From the IMG/VR virus record IMGVR_UViG_3300010042_000002, positions 1-49,175 of that record: 49,175 nucleotides of DNA; one strand, given 5' to 3'. Positions 15,600 to 24,399 of the stretch are shown here, piece by piece. The notes under the pieces are model-generated. The model had not been told where the DNA came from and ran no database searches. It was given only the letters and a program-made list of their open reading frames with translations. This stretch comes from a virus. The stretch's first letter is position 1, and every line of letters begins with the position of its first letter. Position numbers and translations under genes: made by a program.

Positions 15600-15827
15600 A
15601 TGCGAACCTACCGCGTAACGATTACCACTTACCTCAACCATCACGGCGTACAGGAAAAGATTGAACGTACGTACACTATGCAGGTTGAAAACCTTGCCGC
15701 TCGCGATAACCTGATGGATGAACTATCGGACCGTGGTTGGGAAGTTCTTATAGTTCCGGCACCAATTCGCGAAGTTAACGACGTTATGGCGTCGTTTGAT
15801 AAGCTGGTTGCGAGCTACGCGGAATGA
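15600..15827 (+). CDS. Hypothetical protein (75 aa)
   Basis: The ATG at 15600 lies directly after a 7-bp hairpin whose loop carries the SD (15574..15597). Confidence 0.65.
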   Translation: MRTYRVTITTYLNHHGVQEKIERTYTMQVENLAARDNLMDELSDRGWEVLIVPAPIREVNDVMASFDKLVASYAE

Positions 15828-16015
15828 GCGGCATGGTAGGGATGATTAACGGCGATCTGCGTTACAACCTGCTAGAGGCTACCCACAAGCGCCGGGCGCA
15901 GTTGCGCAAAATGTGGATGCGAGGGGAGATTGACAAGGCCGAATGGGAATACCGCAAGGAGCGGCTTTCCCGGTGGTCTGATTACAGGCTATCGAGACTA
16001 AAAAGCCCCGGATAA
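15824..16015 (+). CDS. Hypothetical protein (63 aa), basic
   Basis: ATGA start/stop overlap with the previous ORF. Its stop codon lies in the loop of the terminator. Confidence 0.6.
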   Translation: MSGMVGMINGDLRYNLLEATHKRRAQLRKMWMRGEIDKAEWEYRKERLSRWSDYRLSRLKSPG

Positions 16016-16029
16016 TACCGGGGCTTTTC
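16001..16029. terminator. Bidirectional rho-independent terminator where the two arms converge
   Basis: aaaaGCCCCGG-ataata-CCGGGGCttttc has U-tracts in both directions. It lies between the convergent stops at 16015 (+) and 16030 (-). Confidence 0.75.
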
Positions 16030-16458
16030 TTATTCGAATGAAGCGGCGAACCACGTGTTAACGCTTGCTGAAATAACGGTTGGATTGCCCAACCCGTTAA
16101 CCCCTACACCTATCTCAAAGTAATCGCCGGGCGTACAAGCTTGCCACGGTGCTAGCCCCCGGCAAACGTTGTTAGCATAGCTGCCAGAAGCATTGCGGCG
16201 TTGATCCCATGAACCGATCATTTCAACGCCGTTACGATAGAACTTAAGGAACATACCGCCACTAGTGCCGCTATCAGGTACTGTAAAAGATGCTTCAAGC
16301 CGAACTAGTGTTTTACCAGCGGGTGTTACTATGCGGCCGGGAACACCGGGGTTAAACGCCCCGGCCGTATCCACAACCTCTTGGTTAAACAACACCGGGT
16401 TAGTTGGCCACGTCATGCCAACTAGGTCAGCATTCAAGTTTATTAGAACGATACTCAT
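16030..16458 (-). CDS. Free-standing jelly-roll (C1q/TNF-like) domain protein, paralogue of the C-terminal tip of the 1383-aa tail protein, 142 aa
   Basis: By-eye alignment with the last roughly 140 aa of the upstream protein matches F(N/D)..G..V.PAG.T.V.(L/I)EA, F....NGV..., SG.Y.NV and GD. ATGA coupling links it to that gene. Confidence 0.5.
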   Translation of the reverse strand: MSIVLINLNADLVGMTWPTNPVLFNQEVVDTAGAFNPGVPGRIVTPAGKTLVRLEASFTVPDSGTSGGMFLKFYRNGVEMIGSWDQRRNASGSYANNVCRGLAPWQACTPGDYFEIGVGVNGLGNPTVISASVNTWFAASFE

Positions 16459-19400
16459 TGAACTTTCCTAATCGACAGGTAAGTGTGAGCTTTAAGCATT
16501 CCACGGGTACTTGCAGAAGCTTTAACCCACTGTAAGGATACGGTGTCACCTGTGTTAACAGGGTAGTTAATCCGGGAAACAGCCAATACGTTTTCGACGT
16601 AACCACCCGAGGTATTGCTGCGCGAACGGTTACTAGCTACAATCACACCATTTACTAGTATGAATACACCATAAGCCGCCGTTAACAAATCATCCATTCT
16701 AGCAGCGGCTTCAATGTCAACGTGTGTAACACCCGCTGGAATTACAACGGCGTTACCAGAAAGGGACCAACCACCATAGTTATAGTTGAGTGTGTCAAAC
16801 GCAACGTTAACGTTTGATACCGAACCTGTTTTAACACCGTCTGCACTTAGGGTAGCAAGTGTACCGACGAAATCAAATGTCGAGTTAGTAACATCGGTTT
16901 CCATTGCTCCACCAAGGGACATTACAGCACGCAGATACACCGTCCGCACAAGATCGGTTTCCATGTCGCCACCACCAGCCATCACGGCGCGGAGGTAATG
17001 GGGCGTCTCAAGATCGATCGACAGGGAGCCCCCGCCGTCGAACCGCGCAATGATCGGATAACCGCTCTGCAAGCTGGTGCCCATTGAGCCCCCGAGCCCC
17101 ATGGCGGCCGAAAGGGTGATCTCCCGAGCAATGTTCACGGACATAGCGCCCCCGCCGTCCATGTGGACGCCCATTGTGGGGATTGCCTCGATTTCGACTT
17201 GAGCAGCCATAGCGCCGCCACCGTCAAAACGCATCTTCAGCAGCACGCTACCTTCATCAACGATTGATACCGTGTAATTGTAGCTGAAGCCCTGCACCGG
17301 CTTATTCTCGATTTGCTGGTGCAACCTAAGATAGGCAACGTCACCAATGATATTGCCATCTAGTTCTTGCAGGTATGTAAGATAGTTGTATGAGGGCTTG
17401 TCAAGTTCCGGGGCGATAAAAAACGCGTCACGGTATGCACCACCAAAATTTTCGTCTGTAATGCTGATAAGCCATTCGTTGAACAACTCGTCTAGCGGTG
17501 GCATTGGTTCGAAAGGTGTCGGCGGGTTGTTATAGACACGCGCACGCCGTACCCATTCAAAACGAATGTCATTGTTTTCGTTACGATAGCCGTAAACATC
17601 AACTGGCGCGTAAGGCTTGCGGCTGTTGCCCACAGGTTCGATATATTCATAATTGACCTGCCAAGGTGATTGCCGAGGCGAGCGCGAACGGTACTTAATT
17701 GTATCTTCGCGGGAAACAAGTTCCTTCCGATATTGGAACAACTTATGATTGTCGAGAAAGGCGAAGTTGGCGCTAGGCATGACCGTACCGGCCATAGCAT
17801 CCGTACCGAACCTACCGCGAAGTAGGTTGTACAGCCGCCACCGATTATCACCTAGGTATTCGAAATCACCGAACTGAAGGTATTCAGAACTTTCCCGGTT
17901 TCCGATAACCACCAAGTTAGCGCCAGCGATCATTTCCGCTTCGGTAGCTGTAACAAAGCGTTCAGCCGGGATATTGTCGGCTTTAATTACAAGACTGTTC
18001 AGTGTGTCTAGGTATTCGAAATCAGGCCAGAAAGCCGGGGGTTCCAACACAACACCTGTGTAGCCCTGTTCTTCAGCCGTGAACACTAGCAGCGGGGTAA
18101 CGTCCCGAGGATCGTCGGCACTGACTTGTTCAACTATTGCCCCGCTGAAGCTGTCAAAGTCATAGCTACCGGCGATAGCCATGATGTTAAAGAAACCTTC
18201 CTGATAATCGGAGATCAGCAGATCAGGAACGTCAAACAAGACGACACGCGCCGGGAGCCCGGCCGAAGGTGTGACCCGAGGCGGTTGCGCTTCCACCACT
18301 GCCGGATGGACAGCGCCCGCCGCTTCAGTCAAGGTTAGCGAGACACTGAAATCGGCATTGATACGTGTCTGCGAAACGATACCTGTGTACGAACGCCCGC
18401 TTGCATCGAACTTCACAACGTCAACGGGTTCGTAAATTAGTCCGTCGCTTGGTATGCGGATGCTATAAGCAACCTTACCCGCCCATGCTCGCGCAATCAT
18501 GCCGTAAACAAGTTTTTGAGCTTGTTCGGCTTCCATAGAAACCGGCACGGTGAAATCAAGCTTAGATTGGCTCTTGTGTGTGGGCAACGGGTCTTGCCCG
18601 CGCTGCGCTTTTATATTGCCGGACTTGAAATCGTTGTTGATATCGAAGTACGTAAACGACGCGCTAGCCGGGGCCGCGTTGTCGTTATTGCGACTTACTG
18701 AGAGGCTATCAACCGCGCCGATGTTATCGGACAAAGTTGCTAGCTGATCTTCAGTCAAGGTTGCATCAAGGACAATAACGCCGTCTGCGTCGTAAGCTGA
18801 CTTGAACGTTATTTCGTCGCCAACACTGAACCAATTGAACCCATAGATGCCGCCAAGGTTACCGGCCAGATCAGAGATAGGGCCATTGTTGCTGACAACA
18901 TAGCCGTAAATTTTCATATGGTCGGTGTTGACCGTTCGCACATCCGCAGGGCTGTAACCTACATGCTTGGCGTAAGCATTCAGCAGTTCGGAAATAGTCA
19001 AGGAGCCGGTAAAGTCGGTATCACCCCCGGCTAGTGTTGGGGTTGGAGAACCAACCTCGACGTACGAAAGGTCACCGGTCCACAGGCGATTAGTTCGGCT
19101 ATCCCAAACCGCAAGCTGCGTTGGATTGATGTTAAGGTTAGACGATGGTATGGCCTCGACTTCACCAGTCAAAATGTTAAGTTTGGTTAGAACCGTTGCA
19201 CTACCGGCACGGGTAAGCACCAGCGTACCTTTAGACAGGTCGCTAGTACCTTCGCCGGTCATATCACCTAGTTTGATAGGGGGGCGCGGGAAGTCGGGGC
19301 TAGTCCATTCAATCGAACCGTCGTCATTGATAGCCACAGCGTAAGCCGTGACGTTATCGACCTTGATAATGATAGCGACGACGCGGTTGTTGGTCGTATC

Positions 19401-20606
19401 GTAAAAGCACTGTTGAATGTACAAATCACCGGGGTGATCATACCACTTGGCATTAACCGAATGATCCAACGCATCAGGATAATACCCGTTCGACATGCTT
19501 GACGGCCGGAATACGATCTTGCCGATTTCGCGGTGTGTCTGAACATAGCCCACAGTCTCGCCGTCACTCTCGCGACCGACAAGCAGGTTAGGGGGCAACG
19601 ACGGATTAACCGGGGTAAACCACGGGGAAATGCTTTTGTCACCATTCGCCGCCCAACGCAGGAACCTTGCGCTAGGGACTGCCAAGACGCCGAAATTGCC
19701 GTCACCGTCTGCGTTGTACATGAAGGCGTAGTGCTTCACCACACCCCGCGCCGTTACGCTCATACGGGCCAAAGCATACGGGGCCGCAAAACCGCTAGGG
19801 CTGTTGTTGCTCGCGTCGATTGTGAACCGTGATTGAGCGTAAGTTAGACTACCGTTCCAATCTTCATAGACGCCAAGCGCGAACCCTGAGAAGCTATCAT
19901 TCAAATATGCGACCGTGGCCGCGATCTCTGGAAACCATGCCACGAAAGCGGCGCCGTTATTCGGCATGAAGTAAGCTGCACCAGTCTTGACAACCGGGGC
20001 TAGCGAACCTGTGTCAACCGACCAAAAATCAAGATAGCTGTAATTACCAGCCATCCAACCGTAAGCAAAAACGCCGCTGTTCATCGCCTTGTGAATGCGG
20101 TTTAGCTCTTTCGACAACTGAACCGAAAGCGCCTTGCGGGTGTCATAGGAGAACGTCTTGCGTTCGTATGTATTGCCAACCGATGCGTCGCTATCGTAAA
20201 GTTCTGCCGTGATTGCCGGGTATGAGTTACCGAAGTCTGTTAGGTTCATATCACGGAACACAAGGCACATAAGGCCCCGATAGTGCATGTCCCGGTAAAC
20301 GACGCCCTGAGTTTCGTTGCCGTCATAGAATTCAAACGACAAACCGGGCTTAATGACACCCGTGTATGTGTTATAGATTTCTTCGCCGTTGGCCCATAGC
20401 CGGGTTACAAACGGACGTTCACCGTCCTTTGAAACACTTTCACCAAGCGAGACAACGAACGTTCCGTAAAAGACGTATTCGCCGGGGAATTTGTATGTGG
20501 TATAGATTTCATCATAACGTATAACCTCATTCCCGGTTGCCGCTTCTAGCCGCTCTAGCCGGTCGTCAACCGTGGCAAATTGCTGTTCAGTCGGATTAAT
20601 TGCCAT
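16455..20606 (-). CDS. Host-specificity / central tail fibre protein (GTA orfg15-like), 1383 aa
   Basis: It follows the DUF2460 and DUF2163 homologues, and its N-terminus has the RLWANGEEIY..FEFYDGNETQ pattern typical of GTA and phage host-specificity proteins. Its C-terminus has six 20-aa repeats followed by a jelly-roll-like tip. Confidence 0.8.
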   Translation of the reverse strand: MAINPTEQQFATVDDRLERLEAATGNEVIRYDEIYTTYKFPGEYVFYGTFVVSLGESVSKDGERPFVTRLWANGEEIYNTYTGVIKPGLSFEFYDGNETQGVVYRDMHYRGLMCLVFRDMNLTDFGNSYPAITAELYDSDASVGNTYERKTFSYDTRKALSVQLSKELNRIHKAMNSGVFAYGWMAGNYSYLDFWSVDTGSLAPVVKTGAAYFMPNNGAAFVAWFPEIAATVAYLNDSFSGFALGVYEDWNGSLTYAQSRFTIDASNNSPSGFAAPYALARMSVTARGVVKHYAFMYNADGDGNFGVLAVPSARFLRWAANGDKSISPWFTPVNPSLPPNLLVGRESDGETVGYVQTHREIGKIVFRPSSMSNGYYPDALDHSVNAKWYDHPGDLYIQQCFYDTTNNRVVAIIIKVDNVTAYAVAINDDGSIEWTSPDFPRPPIKLGDMTGEGTSDLSKGTLVLTRAGSATVLTKLNILTGEVEAIPSSNLNINPTQLAVWDSRTNRLWTGDLSYVEVGSPTPTLAGGDTDFTGSLTISELLNAYAKHVGYSPADVRTVNTDHMKIYGYVVSNNGPISDLAGNLGGIYGFNWFSVGDEITFKSAYDADGVIVLDATLTEDQLATLSDNIGAVDSLSVSRNNDNAAPASASFTYFDINNDFKSGNIKAQRGQDPLPTHKSQSKLDFTVPVSMEAEQAQKLVYGMIARAWAGKVAYSIRIPSDGLIYEPVDVVKFDASGRSYTGIVSQTRINADFSVSLTLTEAAGAVHPAVVEAQPPRVTPSAGLPARVVLFDVPDLLISDYQEGFFNIMAIAGSYDFDSFSGAIVEQVSADDPRDVTPLLVFTAEEQGYTGVVLEPPAFWPDFEYLDTLNSLVIKADNIPAERFVTATEAEMIAGANLVVIGNRESSEYLQFGDFEYLGDNRWRLYNLLRGRFGTDAMAGTVMPSANFAFLDNHKLFQYRKELVSREDTIKYRSRSPRQSPWQVNYEYIEPVGNSRKPYAPVDVYGYRNENNDIRFEWVRRARVYNNPPTPFEPMPPLDELFNEWLISITDENFGGAYRDAFFIAPELDKPSYNYLTYLQELDGNIIGDVAYLRLHQQIENKPVQGFSYNYTVSIVDEGSVLLKMRFDGGGAMAAQVEIEAIPTMGVHMDGGGAMSVNIAREITLSAAMGLGGSMGTSLQSGYPIIARFDGGGSLSIDLETPHYLRAVMAGGGDMETDLVRTVYLRAVMSLGGAMETDVTNSTFDFVGTLATLSADGVKTGSVSNVNVAFDTLNYNYGGWSLSGNAVVIPAGVTHVDIEAAARMDDLLTAAYGVFILVNGVIVASNRSRSNTSGGYVENVLAVSRINYPVNTGDTVSLQWVKASASTRGMLKAHTYLSIRKVQ
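16885..17240 (-). repeat. Six tandem 60-bp (20-aa) coding repeats, consensus x-[FM]-D/x-G/L-G-G-x-M
   Basis: The protein reads RFDGGGAM.., HMDGGGAM.., AMGLGGSM.., RFDGGGSL.., VMAGGGDM.., VMSLGGAM.., with a period of 20 aa. Confidence 0.85.
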
Positions 20607-21034
20607 TAGCTAGGCCCCCCGTTGTCGTAAACTGGTACACGTTCCGCAACTTCATATTCATACGCGCCTTCTAGCCGGGGCGTGATTGGCTCTGCGTCAA
20701 CAATGTTACCAGTGACAACCCGGCGCCCAATGGACACGGGTACGGTGATACCGTAAGTGGAGACAGAAACCAACCGAATACCGGGGTTTGCGGGCGTTTG
20801 TTGCTCCACTACCTTGCGGGTAATCGTCGGTTCGAACTTGTTTAGCAGCGCTTCTAGCGGGTCAACCGAAACCGGGTGCCATGAACGGGTCCAACTGTTA
20901 TACTTTTCTTTAACCACGTCACCACTACCGGGCAACTTGGTATATCGTTCAATTTCCGACCTGTACCCATCATTGCGGGCGTCGGTATAACCACTGCGCC
21001 GGTAGTTGCTTGGCGTCGGTTGCCGTGTTGACAT
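20606..21034 (-). CDS. Hypothetical tail protein (142 aa) at the position of the GTA g14 peptidase
   Basis: TAATG coupling on both sides. No Cys/His catalytic pair of NlpC/P60 type is visible. Confidence 0.5.
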   Translation of the reverse strand: MSTRQPTPSNYRRSGYTDARNDGYRSEIERYTKLPGSGDVVKEKYNSWTRSWHPVSVDPLEALLNKFEPTITRKVVEQQTPANPGIRLVSVSTYGITVPVSIGRRVVTGNIVDAEPITPRLEGAYEYEVAERVPVYDNGGPS

Positions 21035-21861
21035 TATTTAATACCCTCTTCACCCGGCACATTGGGTTCGCCCCGGTAGTTGGGGAGGTTGTTGTAACCC
21101 TTACAGGCGGCAACCGTGTGGAAGCATCCCCGCGTGATTGTCCCGGTGTCGCCCGGCTGTACAGGAAGGGCACAAGGGAGCAATGTAAGCACGTTCCCGG
21201 CCGTGTTGGTGATTACCTCGATACGCATGCCAACGTTGTCACCAGTCAACCAAGTGACGGTTCCTTGTGCGTAGTGCTTGTCTGGCTTGGCAGCAACCTC
21301 AAGGCTGGTAAAAGCCTGCCCCGACAATACCGTTTCGACTGTGAACGCATCCGTGTGGGCAGACAAATCAACCTTGCAACGACTATCACCAAACCCCGCC
21401 CGGCAAGTTGCGGTATAGGTTTCACAAATCGACTTGCTAACCTTGTCAAGACGTGGCCCAATGGCCAGTGAACCGACGTAATGATTTAGTAACTGTGTAG
21501 AGTTGACCGCACCGTCAAGCAGGACAATGCTGCCTAGATCAAGGTTGCGATAGGATACAATTGCCAGCGTGATTATTGCGTTGTCAAAGACGCCGCGTTC
21601 AAGTCGTGTATAATCTAGTTCCGCGTCATCTAGCAGAACTTCAATCTCAACGTCACTACCGGCATTATTAGCGACAAGCTGCGTTGCCGACGCCGAAAAC
21701 GCCTGAGACGAACTGTAAAGTTCGCCTTCAAACGTGATTGCGGAATGGTGGTCCGTGTACCGGTAAATCAAGCCATCCGGGGAGGTCACTGCCCACAATC
21801 GGCACAAGCTGGTAAGGTCTTGCACGATCAGTGCAGCGAGCGCCGGGTTTACCGTTTTCAT
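21034..21861 (-). CDS. Distal tail / hub protein, DUF2163 plus phage BR0599 C-terminal domain (GTA g13-like), 275 aa
   Basis: The N-terminus is LCRLWAVTSPDGLIYRYTDH. The C-terminus is CFHTVAACKGYNNLPNYRGEPNVPG, characteristic of the BR0599 family. Confidence 0.85.
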   Translation of the reverse strand: MKTVNPALAALIVQDLTSLCRLWAVTSPDGLIYRYTDHHSAITFEGELYSSSQAFSASATQLVANNAGSDVEIEVLLDDAELDYTRLERGVFDNAIITLAIVSYRNLDLGSIVLLDGAVNSTQLLNHYVGSLAIGPRLDKVSKSICETYTATCRAGFGDSRCKVDLSAHTDAFTVETVLSGQAFTSLEVAAKPDKHYAQGTVTWLTGDNVGMRIEVITNTAGNVLTLLPCALPVQPGDTGTITRGCFHTVAACKGYNNLPNYRGEPNVPGEEGIK

Positions 21862-22451
21862 GGGCGTAGCTCTACAATCTGAATAGAAGGTGTTTCACCT
21901 TCCATAAACGTGTTGAGCCGGTTGTCTAGTCGGTCGGTGCCAAACCGTACCGGAATGTCAAACTCAAAGCTTGCAACAACGTCGGGGCCGGGATCGGTAT
22001 CGAATTCAAGCACGCCGTTAGGTTGTAGCGTGTACGCCGTTGTCAACACCTGATCTACATAAACCTTGAGCGTTGCTGGCAACGGATACGCGACAATACG
22101 CAGTTGCGGGTTTATGGCGTCGGGATAGGTTCGGATAAGTTGACGCTGCAAGGGTTCGCCTGCAATCTCACCGACAGGGTTAGTCGTGGCAGTGAAGTCT
22201 AGCCAGTTCTTGAACCGGAACCCGCGTGCACGACCACCCCGAGCGTGAAAGAAGTTAATAACCTCTTCCATTGCTGCCCTTGACCGAATACCGTAACCGA
22301 CGTTGAATGAGGAAAGGGGCACTTCCCATTCCTGATTGCGGCGTTCGCGACCGTTGGCCATGACGATCACCGTTGTTCGGTATTCAGGACCGCCCATAGC
22401 GCCCCGTTCGATATCGACCGGCAAGCGCACATTATCAAAAGCGTTAGACAT
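21858..22451 (-). CDS. Distal tail protein, DUF2460 / TIGR02217 family (GTA g12-like), 197 aa
   Basis: FDNVRLPVDIERGAMGGPEYRTTVIVMANGRERRN closely matches the RcGTA g12-type N-terminus. Confidence 0.9.
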   Translation of the reverse strand: MSNAFDNVRLPVDIERGAMGGPEYRTTVIVMANGRERRNQEWEVPLSSFNVGYGIRSRAAMEEVINFFHARGGRARGFRFKNWLDFTATTNPVGEIAGEPLQRQLIRTYPDAINPQLRIVAYPLPATLKVYVDQVLTTAYTLQPNGVLEFDTDPGPDVVASFEFDIPVRFGTDRLDNRLNTFMEGETPSIQIVELRP

Positions 22452-22460
22452 GATTTACCC

Positions 22461-24374
22461 TTAAGCCAAGGCCGCGTAAGTATCGTTGGCCATCTGTTGA
22501 CGCGACAAGCGGAAGCTGTCTGCATCGGGAGTTGTAATGTTGAACACGAACACGGGAGAGCTACCTTGGCTATCACTTTGACGCTTGCGGTTTTCCTCCT
22601 GCGCCCGTTGTTGTGCCGTAGTCAACACGTCAACACGTTCGCCATTCTTGGCACGGAACTGAACTAGGTTCTTGTCAACACCAGACTTGCCATTGACCTT
22701 GAACGAACCGCCCGCAGCAAACCGCTTGAAGCTACCGCCGTTATTGTTGGCCCCGGCGCCAATCGTTGTAAACGATCCGCTAGTTTTGGTATTGCCAGCA
22801 CCGGGGTTGTTCTTGGCGAACTGCGCAGCACCAGCAGCCGCCGCCGCCTCGCGTTGCGTCCCTAGCAACATATTGTAGGCACTCACGACCTTGTTCACGT
22901 CGGTCACAACAGACTTAGACCAAGAGTTAACCGCCGCCTTGTTGTCGTTGGTTGCGGTCGTCATGCCCTGCGCTGATGACGTAATGCCTGCAAAGCCTTG
23001 ATCAAGCTTAGTTGCCGCCGCCTGCGCTTCGCCCGCGATATCCTTGAACCCGGTTTGAGCCGTGACGCTTTCCCAAAGCTTGCCAGTGAAGCCACCAACC
23101 GTCTTGATAAGCCCATCCATGGTGCCGGTAACAATGGCCAGTGCCACCACTACCGCAAGGATAGCAGCCGCAAGCAATGCCCATGGCGAAGTAAAGAGCA
23201 ATACCGCCGCCGCACCCATCTGGATTACCCGAACAAGCGCAACGATACCCCCGACGATTTCGGTAATGATGGAGAAGGCCTTGATCGTTAGCCATGCCGC
23301 ACCGAACGCCCCAATAACCGGGATGATCGTTGTAAGGTTTTCACCAATGAAGTTGATAGCCTTGGCAACCAAGCCGGACTGTTCAGCAGTGCTTCGCGTC
23401 CAAAGCTCAAACCGCGTGCGCAAGTTCTGAAGTGATTGCCCGATTGTCAACTCTGTCTTAGCAACCTTACCCTGTAGATCGTCCAGCCCCTTCAAGATAC
23501 CTTGGAAGAGTTGGGCGCCCGTGATTGTGCCACCCGAACGAATGAACGATTGAAGTTTGTTGACCGAACCGGCGAACCCGTCGATACCTTTAGCCGCTGC
23601 CTGCGCAAGCGGGTAAGCTGCCTCAACAATGGAGTTGAATTCCTGCGCTTCAACACGTGCCGCGCCGATACCCTGCGCAAGCTGGATAAGCGCACCGTTG
23701 GCCGTAGTTGCGGAAGCGCCCTGAATACGCAGGCCCGCAGCAACCGCGTCAATGAAGTTGAGCATTTCAGATTGTGACGCGCCGATATCTTTACCGGCCG
23801 ATGCGACCTTCTGGTAAAGCTGCGTAAGACCATCCATAGATTGACCGTTACGCAATGCCGCTTCGCTGATACGGCCCAATGTCTTGTCGAGCTTGTCGCC
23901 CTCAAGGCCAACGACCTTTAGGCGGTTCTCATAAGACTTCATCGCGTCGGATGCTTGCGCCCATTGCTGAATAGCAAAGAAGCTTGCGAACGTGCCCACA
24001 AGGTTTGACATAATGCCGCGCATGTTCGTAAACTGCGCAGTCGCCCGGCCGGTGTTGGCCTCAACCTTTTTCAGTTCGGAGGCAAGTTTATTGGAGTTGG
24101 TTCCCGCCGATCTAAGCGAGGTTGCCGCCGTGTTAGTTGCCGCCGCTAGGGCCTTCTGATCACGAACCGCATTTGCAAGTTCTTGCCGAAGTTGCTTTAC
24201 ATCGGTGCTATATGTGCTTATACCGTTACCAGCGGAAAAGCTTTTAAGCGTGGCCTTAAGTTCTTCTAGTGCGGTATCAGCCCGCAAAGCTTCATCCGCG
24301 ATGTTGCGAATGTTGGTTGCAATCTTACTGTCAATACGACCTGTAAGAACAATCTGGATTGCTTCATCTGCCAT
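22461..24374 (-). CDS. Tape measure protein, 637 aa
   Basis: It lies after the chaperone pair. It is Ala-rich and helical with a central hydrophobic block, and ends just upstream of the distal tail genes. Confidence 0.8.
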   Translation of the reverse strand: MADEAIQIVLTGRIDSKIATNIRNIADEALRADTALEELKATLKSFSAGNGISTYSTDVKQLRQELANAVRDQKALAAATNTAATSLRSAGTNSNKLASELKKVEANTGRATAQFTNMRGIMSNLVGTFASFFAIQQWAQASDAMKSYENRLKVVGLEGDKLDKTLGRISEAALRNGQSMDGLTQLYQKVASAGKDIGASQSEMLNFIDAVAAGLRIQGASATTANGALIQLAQGIGAARVEAQEFNSIVEAAYPLAQAAAKGIDGFAGSVNKLQSFIRSGGTITGAQLFQGILKGLDDLQGKVAKTELTIGQSLQNLRTRFELWTRSTAEQSGLVAKAINFIGENLTTIIPVIGAFGAAWLTIKAFSIITEIVGGIVALVRVIQMGAAAVLLFTSPWALLAAAILAVVVALAIVTGTMDGLIKTVGGFTGKLWESVTAQTGFKDIAGEAQAAATKLDQGFAGITSSAQGMTTATNDNKAAVNSWSKSVVTDVNKVVSAYNMLLGTQREAAAAAGAAQFAKNNPGAGNTKTSGSFTTIGAGANNNGGSFKRFAAGGSFKVNGKSGVDKNLVQFRAKNGERVDVLTTAQQRAQEENRKRQSDSQGSSPVFVFNITTPDADSFRLSRQQMANDTYAALA

Positions 24375-24399
24375 TTAAGCCCCGCGTATAATGCCGGGG

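Noticed and set aside
16030-17240. A diversity-generating retroelement acting on the tip domains.
   Set aside because: There is no reverse transcriptase anywhere in the genome. The two tip-domain copies are far too divergent at the DNA level to be a template/variable repeat pair.
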